DNA of 64,000 nucleotides, taken from the NCBI GenBank assembly GCA_963825135.1, contig CAWGRW010000009.1, forward strand, positions 896,001 to 960,000. Direction: 5' to 3'. Under the pieces are notes generated by a model that was not told the origin of the DNA, made no database searches, and worked only from the letters and a program-made list of their open reading frames with translations. Source of the DNA: an uncultured bacterium. Its GTDB lineage: Bacteria; Desulfobacterota_D; UBA1144; Nemesobacterales; UBA2774. How positions within the stretch are numbered: position 1 is the stretch's first letter; every line of letters starts with the position of its first letter. The position numbers and the translations under genes were made by a program. Positions 42,312 to 51,125 of the stretch are shown piece by piece.

Positions 42312-43577
42312 TTACTCGGATATCCCAAGGGCCTTTTTTATTGCCAGCGATTTTAAGACCGTTTCTTCATACTCCTTCTCCGGGTCAGAATCCCATACTA
42401 TTCCCCCTCCCACCCAGAACGAGGCCTTTAGGGAATCGGTTATCAGCAATCTTATCCCTACGCTCAGTGTGAAGTCCCCGCCCGGGAAAAATATGCCCAC
42501 CGCCCCGCAATACGGCCCCCTGTAATGGGGCTCAAGCTCGTCGATTACCTCAAGCACCCTTCTCTTAGGCGCGCCGGTAACTGAACCGGGCGGGAAGGTA
42601 TTCCTGATGATCCTGGCAGTCCCTATATCATTTACAAGACGTCCCTCGACCTCGGATACAAGCTGATGGAGGGTGTTGTAGGTTTCCACGTCAAAGAGTC
42701 TTGTAACCTTCACTGAGCCGACCTTGCAGATTCTCGAGAGGTCGTTCCGCATGAGATCGACGATCATCAGGTTTTCCGCCCTCTCCTTCTCACTGCTGAC
42801 GAGCTTCGCTTTCTTGATTATGTCAGCCTCCCGAGTCACCCCCCTTTCCGAGGTCCCCTTTATCGGCCTCGTCGTCAGCGCTTCCCCGTTCCTCCTCAGA
42901 AACAGCTCCATCGAGCCGCTTGAAAGCTGGAAATCCCCGAAATCGATATAACAGCCAAACGGCACTTGTTGCACGTGGAACATTCGCAGGAAGCATTCTA
43001 TAGGAGAGAGCCCATAGCCCACTGTAAAGCGCTGTGAAAGGTTCACCTGATACACGTCGCCCTGTTTAATATACTCTTTTGCGCGCTCGACCATATTTAA
43101 GTATTCATCCCTGCTCATATTCGAATTCAACGCGCCTCTCGTATCATCGACAGGCCCCGGAAAACCGTCTGTGCCTGTAACGCCGGCATTGAATTTAAAT
43201 CTCGAATCGTCGGGAGGATAAGTGATCATGTCCTCTTCGCGGAAAAGAAGAAAGTAGATGTCCGGCAATCGGTCGCCATCCTTAGCTTTGTCGGGGACAA
43301 ACCCTGAATCGGCGAACCTCGAGTATTCGTATCCGATATACCCCACCGCGATGTAACCTTCCGCAACCAATCCTTCTAGAACTGTGAGCGGGTCGCGGTT
43401 CGTACTCACCGTATCACCGCCGATACTCTTAGTTACTAGCCCATCCCGGTTATGAAAAAATCCCCTCGGCTGCGCAAAACGGATGATCGAGCCATTCGTG
43501 TCGCTAGTCCCGGACCAGCCTCCGCCAGAATCCATAAATAGACACGAGCACCTGTCGGCGTTATACATGAGTATCAA
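42312..43577 (-). CDS. pabB: aminodeoxychorismate synthase component I
   Basis: GDVYQVNLS, TRPIKGT, KERAENLMIVDLMRNDL, FPPGSVTGAPK, GGGIVWDS. Confidence 0.85.
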   Translation of the reverse strand: MILMYNADRCSCLFMDSGGGWSGTSDTNGSIIRFAQPRGFFHNRDGLVTKSIGGDTVSTNRDPLTVLEGLVAEGYIAVGYIGYEYSRFADSGFVPDKAKDGDRLPDIYFLLFREEDMITYPPDDSRFKFNAGVTGTDGFPGPVDDTRGALNSNMSRDEYLNMVERAKEYIKQGDVYQVNLSQRFTVGYGLSPIECFLRMFHVQQVPFGCYIDFGDFQLSSGSMELFLRRNGEALTTRPIKGTSERGVTREADIIKKAKLVSSEKERAENLMIVDLMRNDLSRICKVGSVKVTRLFDVETYNTLHQLVSEVEGRLVNDIGTARIIRNTFPPGSVTGAPKRRVLEVIDELEPHYRGPYCGAVGIFFPGGDFTLSVGIRLLITDSLKASFWVGGGIVWDSDPEKEYEETVLKSLAIKKALGISE

Positions 43578-43726
43578 TTTTAACGGTATTAAATGAACTT
43601 ATAAACAGGAAGGACAAATCACATGGCTCGACCTCGGTTTTAGCGGCCCTGAGGATATTATAATACTATATTTCTGTAATCAGTAATTTTATTGGCCGGT
43701 TCACTGACCGCTGCTGCGCCCCGGGC

Positions 43727-45724
43727 TCAAGCCTTGGTCTCGGCCTCGACCGACTCTCTCAGAAGCACGGATATATCCTTGATCTCAATCTTGTCATTGC
43801 CCGCGTGTTTGGACGCGTCCTCGAACATCGTGTCGCAGAAGTAGCAGGCCACGGCAAGCGTATCGGGCTTTTTCGATTCCACCTCCTCGAACCTGTTCCA
43901 GTTAACCCTGGGCGCGTCCTCCTCCATCCATATCTTTCCACCGCCTGCGCCGCAACAGAAACTCTTCTCACGCCTCCGGTCAAGCTCTATAAGTCTCAGT
44001 CCCGGTATAGATTGCAAGAGCTCCCTCGGCTCGTCGAATACCCTGTTGTACCTGCCCAGATAACAGGGGTCATGATATGCGACTCCCTGGTTTATCTCCT
44101 TCGTCGGCTTGAGCCTCCCCTGCTTTACGAGATCGTTCAATAGCTGTGTATGGTTTATCACCTCGTAATTTCCGCCGAACTGCGGGTATTCGTTTTTTAT
44201 CGTATTGAAACAATGGGGACAATTTGCGATCACCTTCTTGACCTTTAGCTCGTTTAACGTTTCGATGTTCTGCGTCGCGAGCATCTGATAAAGCGCCTCC
44301 TCCCCGAGCCTTCTGGCCGGGTCCCCCGTGCATCTTTCCATAGGCCCGAGTACGGCAAAGCTCACACCGGCCTGGGTAAGGAGACTTACCACGGATTGGG
44401 CGATCTTCTGGCCCCTCGGGTCGTACCCCCCGTAACAGCCCATCCAGTAGATATAATCGAAAGCGGAAGCGTCTTCGATTCCGTTCTCGCCTATTACGTT
44501 CACTCCTTCGTACCCCGAGATCCATTTGGCGCGGTCGCCTTCGGCGAATCCCCAGGGGTTCCCCTGGGTCTGGAGCTTCTGCAGTGTTTTGGCGGCCGCC
44601 CCCGTCAGCCTTCCCTCGAGGGTAAGGAACCGCCTCATTTCCATAATCTTCCCCATCTGGTCTATAAATAGCGGGCACTGCTCGACGCAGGCGTTACAGC
44701 TCGTGCAGGCCCAGAGCTCTTCTTCGGTGATCCATTCAGGGCCCGGTATGGTGGATTCATTACCGTTCACGGAATGGCCGTTCAAAAGCGCTTTCCCTTC
44801 GCTCGAAGCATAGTGCCTGAGCTTTACCACTATCTCCCTGGGCGAGAGGGGTTTCTCGGTATGCCACGCGGGGCAATTATCAGTACACCTTCCGCATTCC
44901 GTGCACGTATAGGCATCGAGCAGGTCCTTCCACGTAAAATCCTGTATCTTTCCCGCTCCGAAGTGGTCTACGTCCTCAGGCACGTTTTCGAAATCTATCG
45001 GATTAAGCGCGCCTCTCGGCTTAAGGCTCTGGAAGAATACGTTCGGTATGGCGGTAAATACGTGGCTGTGCTTGGAATAGGGCAGGTAATTCAGGAATCC
45101 GAGTACTATTAGGACATGGAACCACCAGAAAAATTCATGGGAATACATGAGCCCGGAATCGCTCATTCCAGAAAAAAACACGCGTGACAGCGTGCTTGAA
45201 ACCGGCAGCCACGCGGCCTCCGCCCTGCCCATCGCCACGTTCGTGGCCACTGCGCCGAGCGCAGTGACCATGAGACCGAATATCAGCCCCAGGATGACTA
45301 CCGCATCGAGCCCGTTTACTTCCCTTCTCCTGGCGATTGTGGTCCTGTTTACTATCCCCATTATTATGGCGATCATGACCAGGGTCTGTGTAATATCCAG
45401 TATGAACTCGTAGACCTTATGAGCCGAGCCTGGGATCAGCTTGAAGCCCGGGAAAACTCCGCCGACTAGTATCTCGATCGTGCCTATGGTGATAATTACG
45501 AACCCCCAGAATATCATGAAGTGCTCAATCCCCGCGAATTTGTAATTAGTTACGAGCCTCTTCTGGCCGAATACGTATATCAGCACCTTTTTTATTCTCT
45601 CCCCGATATTGTCGAACCTGGTCTCGTATTTACCCAAACGAAGTATTCTAAGGAGGTTATAAATGTTATAGAAGAAGAACCCGAAGGCGGCTATTATCAA
45701 AATTGCCATTATGATAGGCTTCAT
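43727..45724 (-). CDS. membrane-bound Fe-S oxidoreductase (FadF/HdrD-like, CCG domains)
   Basis: TM region with conserved His; CTECGRCTDNCP and CTSCNACVEQCP; CPHC, YHDPCYLGR, CCGAGGG. Confidence 0.85.
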   Translation of the reverse strand: MKPIIMAILIIAAFGFFFYNIYNLLRILRLGKYETRFDNIGERIKKVLIYVFGQKRLVTNYKFAGIEHFMIFWGFVIITIGTIEILVGGVFPGFKLIPGSAHKVYEFILDITQTLVMIAIIMGIVNRTTIARRREVNGLDAVVILGLIFGLMVTALGAVATNVAMGRAEAAWLPVSSTLSRVFFSGMSDSGLMYSHEFFWWFHVLIVLGFLNYLPYSKHSHVFTAIPNVFFQSLKPRGALNPIDFENVPEDVDHFGAGKIQDFTWKDLLDAYTCTECGRCTDNCPAWHTEKPLSPREIVVKLRHYASSEGKALLNGHSVNGNESTIPGPEWITEEELWACTSCNACVEQCPLFIDQMGKIMEMRRFLTLEGRLTGAAAKTLQKLQTQGNPWGFAEGDRAKWISGYEGVNVIGENGIEDASAFDYIYWMGCYGGYDPRGQKIAQSVVSLLTQAGVSFAVLGPMERCTGDPARRLGEEALYQMLATQNIETLNELKVKKVIANCPHCFNTIKNEYPQFGGNYEVINHTQLLNDLVKQGRLKPTKEINQGVAYHDPCYLGRYNRVFDEPRELLQSIPGLRLIELDRRREKSFCCGAGGGKIWMEEDAPRVNWNRFEEVESKKPDTLAVACYFCDTMFEDASKHAGNDKIEIKDISVLLRESVEAETKA

Positions 45725-45775
45725 AAATTGTCTCCTTAGAATGCGGGCGCCCTGATTACAAGACCGTCTATAAGT

Positions 45776-45804
45776 ATCTTAAGAAAAAGCGTTATGATAG
45801 TCAA
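45776..45804 (-). promoter_or_regulatory. sigma70-like promoter of Fe-S oxidoreductase
   Basis: minus strand TTGACT-17 nt-TAAGAT. Confidence 0.5.
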
Positions 45805-46033
45805 GGAATATCCGGCTTTGAACATACCGTCCCGAATTTTTTTAATAATAAAATGAAGGGAATAAAATTGAGCGCGGGGTTAGAACATATTTAATATATC
45901 GAGTATATATTTAATATGTATCCGCCGCCGGTTCCCGCGCGCGAACGGATCCCGCCGCGCCCGCCGTAAATCCGGCGACTGACAAAAAAACGGCCGGCCT
46001 AAGCGTGGAGTCAGGCCCTGAGCCGACAGGGGG

Positions 46034-47182
46034 TCAATTCAGAGTGACAAGAATTGATTTTACATCAGGCTCTTCGGTGATGAGATCGTTGCCGAACTTC
46101 TTAGCCTCGTCTTCGGTGGTAAACTTGCCGACTTTTACCCTGTACCAGGTCCCCTTGCCGGGCAGGTCCACCGTTTCGATGTATGCGGGATATGTTTTTG
46201 ACTTTAGCGACCGCTCCATCTCCCTCGCTATCTCGAGGTCGGGAAAAGAAGCCAGCTGCACGGCGTATTGCCCCTCGCCCGCGACCGTAATCGGCGCACC
46301 GACGGGCTTCCCGGAATTATTACTCCCGGTTTTTATGTCGGCTTTCGTATCCGTATTTTCCGCCTTAACCGTGAGTACCGGCTTTGCTCCCGATTCCGGC
46401 ATCTCCGCCTTCCTGCCGTTGACATTCCGGTCACCAAGGGTCTCAACGTAAACAAACGATTTTTTATTCGCAGTCGGGGGCGCGGTCTTGTCCTTTTTAC
46501 TTGCGATCATGGGCTCAACATTTCTTTCTTCAGTGTTCTTCTTCAGGTAATCGTAATGGGCATAGACCCTGTTTACATATTCTATAGTTTCGTCGTACGG
46601 GGGAATCTTATAGCCGTACTTGATGACGGCGTTCTCACCGGCATTGTACCCCGCAATCGCGAGCGTGGTGTTGTTATTGAACATGGTCATCAGCATGTTG
46701 AAATACTTGACCCCGCCCTCGATGTTCTCAACCGGATCGAACGGGTCGGAAACCCCGATACGCTCGGCAGTCGCCGGCATCAGCTGCATTATGCCCATCG
46801 CTCCCTGAGGGGAGACGGCGCCCGGATTGAAGTTCGACTCCACCTTTATCATAGCCTTGATGAGAAGAGGGTCTATCCCGTACCAGCCCGCCGTGCTGTT
46901 GATATGCTGGTCGAACTTATCGGAATACTTGTATTTATCCAGGTATCCCCTCTGGCTCTTCGGAGTGCCGCGGAAGGTTCCCCACGGGCTGCCTATCTTT
47001 TTGAATCCGCTGCTTTTAGGGTCGATGTTCGTGTAGTACACGACACCGTTTACTTCTTTTTTATAATAATACGGATTAGCCGACGCCTTTTCGGGGAATA
47101 ACGAGACAAATTCGGACAGGGTCAAAAGTGCCAGTACGAGGCTGATGCTATATCTGAGTATCTGGCAGTCGGCTCTTCTCAT
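46034..47182 (-). CDS. exported lytic transglycosylase (SLT domain) with C-terminal SPOR domain
   Basis: signal peptide; AMIKVESNFNP, GAMGIMQLMP, AGYNAGE, ETIEYV; SPOR motif YAVQLASF..WYRVKVG; start ATG 47182 or TTG 47209. Confidence 0.88.
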   Translation of the reverse strand: MRRADCQILRYSISLVLALLTLSEFVSLFPEKASANPYYYKKEVNGVVYYTNIDPKSSGFKKIGSPWGTFRGTPKSQRGYLDKYKYSDKFDQHINSTAGWYGIDPLLIKAMIKVESNFNPGAVSPQGAMGIMQLMPATAERIGVSDPFDPVENIEGGVKYFNMLMTMFNNNTTLAIAGYNAGENAVIKYGYKIPPYDETIEYVNRVYAHYDYLKKNTEERNVEPMIASKKDKTAPPTANKKSFVYVETLGDRNVNGRKAEMPESGAKPVLTVKAENTDTKADIKTGSNNSGKPVGAPITVAGEGQYAVQLASFPDLEIAREMERSLKSKTYPAYIETVDLPGKGTWYRVKVGKFTTEDEAKKFGNDLITEEPDVKSILVTLN

Positions 47183-47280
47183 TCGAGACTCCGGACAGCA
47201 CATCCTCAAAAAGGCACAACGGGTCTGCCTTATTATCTAACGTGAAGAGCGGAATTTAATTACGACCCATCCTCCATCTC

Positions 47281-47368
47281 TTCGGCAACCCGCCGCCATA
47301 GGCTGACCTCGCCCTTAGGCCGTCGGCTTTGCGCCCTATTCTTTCGAATAGTTTGCCTTTTCGATCGG
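47281..47368 (-). ncRNA. c-di-GMP-I (GEMM) riboswitch
   Basis: minus strand AAAAGGCAAACTATTCGAAAGAATAGGGCGCAAAGCCGACGGCCTAAG...TATGGCGGCGGGTTGCCGAA, with GAAA tetraloop, CCUAA/UAUGG receptor and CGCAAAGCC junction. Confidence 0.92.
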
Positions 47369-47395
47369 AACTTCTTTTCTCCAAACTCCGAAACA

Positions 47396-47424
47396 AGTGT
47401 ATTACCCTAATTCATTTTTGTCAA
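47396..47424 (-). promoter_or_regulatory. sigma70 promoter driving riboswitch leader
   Basis: minus strand TTGACA-17 nt-TACACT just upstream of the aptamer. Confidence 0.55.
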
Positions 47425-47545
47425 TGAGTTTTATAGGTTATGTGTATAATCTCATGTAACGTGAGATTCAACTTAATATGCAACACGAACAAATGGAACC
47501 GGTTTACAATATTGACATTTTTGTATAAGATGAAACGGCAATGTC

Positions 47546-48286
47546 ATGCTAAGACAACTAAAAAAGCTCTTATTGATGCCGTTTGAGGACTTTCTGTCGG
47601 GGCTGGAACGGTCCCTCGGAGGCTCGGCGCCTTTCAATATCGGTCTTATCGTCGTCTTATTCGTCATCTCATGGTGGATTTACGTGCCGATTCACGAGCT
47701 CTGCCATGCCTTCGGCTGTATCCTGGGCGGAGGCACGGTGACAGAGCTTGAGATAAGTCCCAAATACGGAGGCGCGATATTGGAAAAACTCTTCCCGTTC
47801 GTTACGTCCGGCTCCGATTATGCGGGGCAGTTAACGGGGTTTGACACGGGGGGTAACGACCTCACTTATTTATTGACCGATTTCTTCCCGTTTCTCCTGA
47901 CCATATTCATAGGCGTCCCGCTCCTGAGGTCAGCACCCCTCTCCACCCCTCTCGGCGCGAGCGTCAAACTCGGAATTTCACTGCCGATAGCATTCGCGCC
48001 GTTCATGTCCTTCAGCGGGGATTATTACGAGATGGGATCTATATTGGTCTCCCGGATTGCGGCGTTGTTTTCACCCTCGTTCGATATTAACCGCTTAAGG
48101 AGTGACGACCTGTTCAAGCTCTCGCATGAGCTCTTCTTTTCGGGCGGCAAGTACGGTATCGGCGATATTGCGGGGGTAGCGCTTTCCTTTCTTCTGGGCG
48201 TGGTGCTTATCTACGCAACCTATTTTCTGGGCGCGCTGTGGGGAAGGATATTATTCAATACTGTTAATAAAAACCGCGACTCCTGA
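47546..48286 (+). CDS. membrane protein with HExxH motif (M50-like metalloprotease candidate)
   Basis: about 4 TM segments; YVPIHELCHAFGCILGGG; distal SGDYYE. Confidence 0.6.
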   Translation: MLRQLKKLLLMPFEDFLSGLERSLGGSAPFNIGLIVVLFVISWWIYVPIHELCHAFGCILGGGTVTELEISPKYGGAILEKLFPFVTSGSDYAGQLTGFDTGGNDLTYLLTDFFPFLLTIFIGVPLLRSAPLSTPLGASVKLGISLPIAFAPFMSFSGDYYEMGSILVSRIAALFSPSFDINRLRSDDLFKLSHELFFSGGKYGIGDIAGVALSFLLGVVLIYATYFLGALWGRILFNTVNKNRDS

Positions 48287-48296
48287 TTGCATAAAC

Positions 48297-48908
48297 TTAC
48301 TTTTTTGCTTTTTTTTGTATCACTTTAACCGGCGATGTGCGGTTTCTGAAGAAGAATAAATACGCGCCTATTAAAAAAGGCTCGAACCTGACTACCATAT
48401 TGTCGATAAAACCCCAGAGGAATTCCCAGAATATCTGAGAGGCGGCCCCGCCTTTTGCGTAGCCCTGCGTTTCCAGCGCAGCAGAGAGCTTCTCCCCTTC
48501 GAGGGAGAACACGAATAGAAAATGAACAGCGACCAAAATCAAAAGCGCCTCCAGATATATCCACTTTCTTTTAATAAAGGGATAAAATGCGGCCATAATA
48601 GCGAACGAAAGAGGTGCGTTAAAAGTGTAGTTCGAGATCGGCACGTCTATCGTCGTCTTTAATATCGTTACGCCGTATTTTTGTGGGATGAATCCGACTG
48701 AAATTATATCCTTGTTCCTCAGAATTGAGACTATATCGACGTCTTTGAACAGGGTGATCGCATGGGAGGCGATTGTCGTAATCGCCATTCCGTAATAGCC
48801 TTTGATGCCCAGCCAGATGATGAGAAAAATAATATATGAGACTACGAATATGAGAGAGGCCTTAAGAAGGACTGACCTAAATAAGGGCTTCTTTTTTTCC
48901 TTGTCCAT
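48297..48908 (-). CDS. exosortase H-associated membrane protein
   Basis: multi-TM protein (IFLIIW..YG; YTFNAPL) overlapping the xrtH 3' end, the usual partner arrangement. Confidence 0.65.
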   Translation of the reverse strand: MDKEKKKPLFRSVLLKASLIFVVSYIIFLIIWLGIKGYYGMAITTIASHAITLFKDVDIVSILRNKDIISVGFIPQKYGVTILKTTIDVPISNYTFNAPLSFAIMAAFYPFIKRKWIYLEALLILVAVHFLFVFSLEGEKLSAALETQGYAKGGAASQIFWEFLWGFIDNMVVRFEPFLIGAYLFFFRNRTSPVKVIQKKAKK

Positions 48909-49434
48909 GGCTCAGGTAGGTTAGGTAAAGTACGAAAGTCGCAAGCGCCACTGCTATCATTACACCCTGCGCTACATATATGTGTATCAGATCGAACAGG
49001 TCTTTGTGATAGACACCGGCATATGCGAGCGCCACTATCCTTATCAGGTTCAACACCTGGATGACGAGAAACCCCGCTAATATGCCTATCAGTCTGTTCT
49101 TCCACGATGCCGGAAACGTCAGAACAGCAACGGCGTATATCATGACCGCTTCGAGGCCGTTGCAGCCGAATTCGACGTCGAGCGATATGGTAGGAAGGTG
49201 GATTACAGAACCCTTAACGGTGGACGTAACTCCTATAAGGGTCAGGATCTTCGATGTCACATATACTATGGCGTTTGAGTATCCGCCGTTTATATCGACT
49301 ACGTTTTGTACGGGTTTTAATCCGAGCAGTAAAAAAAATGCCCCCATGAGGAGCACGTAAGTCAGGACGAACCTGAGTATGCTTATCGAGCCCGACTGCC
49401 CTTTCCCGGAGGTATCCGTATTTTTATCCGTCAT
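48877..49434 (-). CDS. xrtH: exosortase H
   Basis: catalytic triad in GCNGLEA (Cys), LNLIRIVAL (Arg), LIHIYVAQ (His); FPASWKNRLIG; short single-domain form. Confidence 0.82.
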   Translation of the reverse strand: MTDKNTDTSGKGQSGSISILRFVLTYVLLMGAFFLLLGLKPVQNVVDINGGYSNAIVYVTSKILTLIGVTSTVKGSVIHLPTISLDVEFGCNGLEAVMIYAVAVLTFPASWKNRLIGILAGFLVIQVLNLIRIVALAYAGVYHKDLFDLIHIYVAQGVMIAVALATFVLYLTYLSHGQGKKEALI

Positions 49435-49569
49435 CCAGATCTCTTATTGGAATTTTATCCGTAACGAAATCGAATCTTTTTCGCAGGTTTTAAATATACA
49501 TAGTGAACGTATCTTTTTCAAAGGATAAATGCTTCCGTTCATTTCACTCCCCCTGGACAGGAGCGTATA

Positions 49570-50217
49570 TCACATTCCGCAGCAGCCCGCCTTCCCCTCC
49601 TTCAGAATTGCATAACCTTCCCTCATCAGAAATCCCACTATAACGATTCCGGCCGCGGGGTCGGCCCACCATATCCCGAACAGGTAATTAAGCCCGAGTC
49701 CCAGGAGAAGCGCTATCGATAGATAACAGCAAACGAGCGTCTGCTTTGAATCCGCTAGGAGGCTCCTGCTGCCGATCGACTTCCCTATTCTATATTTCAT
49801 AAAGAACAATCCCGGCATGACCGCGAGCGATGCTATCGCTATCATGATTCCGAGCAGGCTCGGCTCCGGGATCTCGCGCAGGATGAGTTTCTTCAGGGAT
49901 TCATAAAGCACATAAACTCCCAGCACGAAGAACGTGTACCCCACGAGTTTAGCCGCTTTTGCCTCTATCCTTTCTTCTTCCTCGTGCGAAAGATTTCCGC
50001 GCTCCCGGAAACGCCATATCATTATCCCCCCCGAAAGCGATTCCACGAAGCTGTCGAGACCGAATCCGACAAGCGCGATGCTCCCCGTGACCGTGCCCGC
50101 GACTACGGATACGACCCCTTCAATAAGATTGTATACGACGGTAAAAACGGATAGATAGAACGCCTTTTTATGCGGCGCGCTGTTTCGGCGGGAAGCGTCA
50201 GTGTCTAAAATATCCAT
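49570..50217 (-). CDS. cation efflux-type transporter (TM domain only)
   Basis: YNLIEG, SIALVGFGLDSFVE, LLADSKQT, WWADP. Confidence 0.8.
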   Translation of the reverse strand: MDILDTDASRRNSAPHKKAFYLSVFTVVYNLIEGVVSVVAGTVTGSIALVGFGLDSFVESLSGGIMIWRFRERGNLSHEEEERIEAKAAKLVGYTFFVLGVYVLYESLKKLILREIPEPSLLGIMIAIASLAVMPGLFFMKYRIGKSIGSRSLLADSKQTLVCCYLSIALLLGLGLNYLFGIWWADPAAGIVIVGFLMREGYAILKEGKAGCCGM

Positions 50218-50299
50218 AGCTCGATAGATTAAAGATTAACCGATGATCGAATAATTCCGAACGGGTCCGCTCGTACGGCATTTAGTGTACGAGCGCGAA

Positions 50300-50995
50300 T
50301 TACGATTTTATGGGTGATAGCAGGTCATTCTCCATGACGCTGAAGTAACCGTCCTTCCCGACGATGATGTGGTCGAGAACCCGTATATCGAGCGTCGTCG
50401 CTGAGTCCGCTATATCCCGCGTAAGGGCCTTGTCTTCCCTTGAGGGCGTCGGGTTCCCGCTCGGGTGATTATGCACCAGGATGATCCCCGTAGCGTGCCT
50501 GGAGAGGGCTGACTCGATTATGCGCCTCGGATATACCGCCACGTTGTCGACCGTGCCTTCGTGAAGCATCGTATAATCGATCACCTCGTTCTTTACATTC
50601 ATATATATGACCATGAACGCCTCGTTCGTCATCCCCGAGAGCCTGACCCGGACGAATTTCAACACCGATTCAGGCGAAGAAAGAACATCCCCCTTCTTCA
50701 TGTTCTCAGCCAGGTAAGTGCCGTATAGTTCCTTTACCAGACGTATAAGGGCAGCCGACATAGCGCCCACGCCGCTTAATTCTTCGAGCTTCTTTTGATC
50801 CGCATCGAGTACACCGGAGAGTCCGCCGAACTCGCTTATCAGCTTTTTGGCCACGGGCTTCACGTCCCTTCTTGGAATGGAGAAGGTCAGGAGGAGCTCC
50901 AGGAGCTCATAGTCATGCATCCCTTCGGCTCCGGTTTTCTGAAACCTCTCCCTGAGCCTCTTCCTGTGATTCATGTAATGAGGTGCGTCCGGCAT
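50300..50995 (-). CDS. radC: RadC/JAB domain protein
   Basis: HRKRLRERF, YELLELLL, VYPRRI, HNHPSG..PSREDK..LDHIIV. Confidence 0.9.
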   Translation of the reverse strand: MPDAPHYMNHRKRLRERFQKTGAEGMHDYELLELLLTFSIPRRDVKPVAKKLISEFGGLSGVLDADQKKLEELSGVGAMSAALIRLVKELYGTYLAENMKKGDVLSSPESVLKFVRVRLSGMTNEAFMVIYMNVKNEVIDYTMLHEGTVDNVAVYPRRIIESALSRHATGIILVHNHPSGNPTPSREDKALTRDIADSATTLDIRVLDHIIVGKDGYFSVMENDLLSPIKS

Positions 50996-51055
50996 GGCTT
51001 TCGAGAGTTAAATTGTAACCACAAACTGCATTATTTAAAAAGAGACAAACGATAC

Positions 51056-51093
51056 AAAAAAAGGCGGGCTGTCCTTTGAGGGGCAGTCCGCCT
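51056..51093 (-). terminator. intrinsic terminator of groESL
   Basis: aggcgggctgtcct / ggggcagtccgcct stem with a U7 tail on the minus strand. Confidence 0.75.
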
Positions 51094-51125
51094 GTGAGTT
51101 TTATAAGTTTTTATTCCGTTTTAAA

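Noticed and set aside
50300..50995. radC as a mobile-element marker
   Set aside because: It is the full-length chromosomal type, with no integrase, transposase or att repeats nearby.
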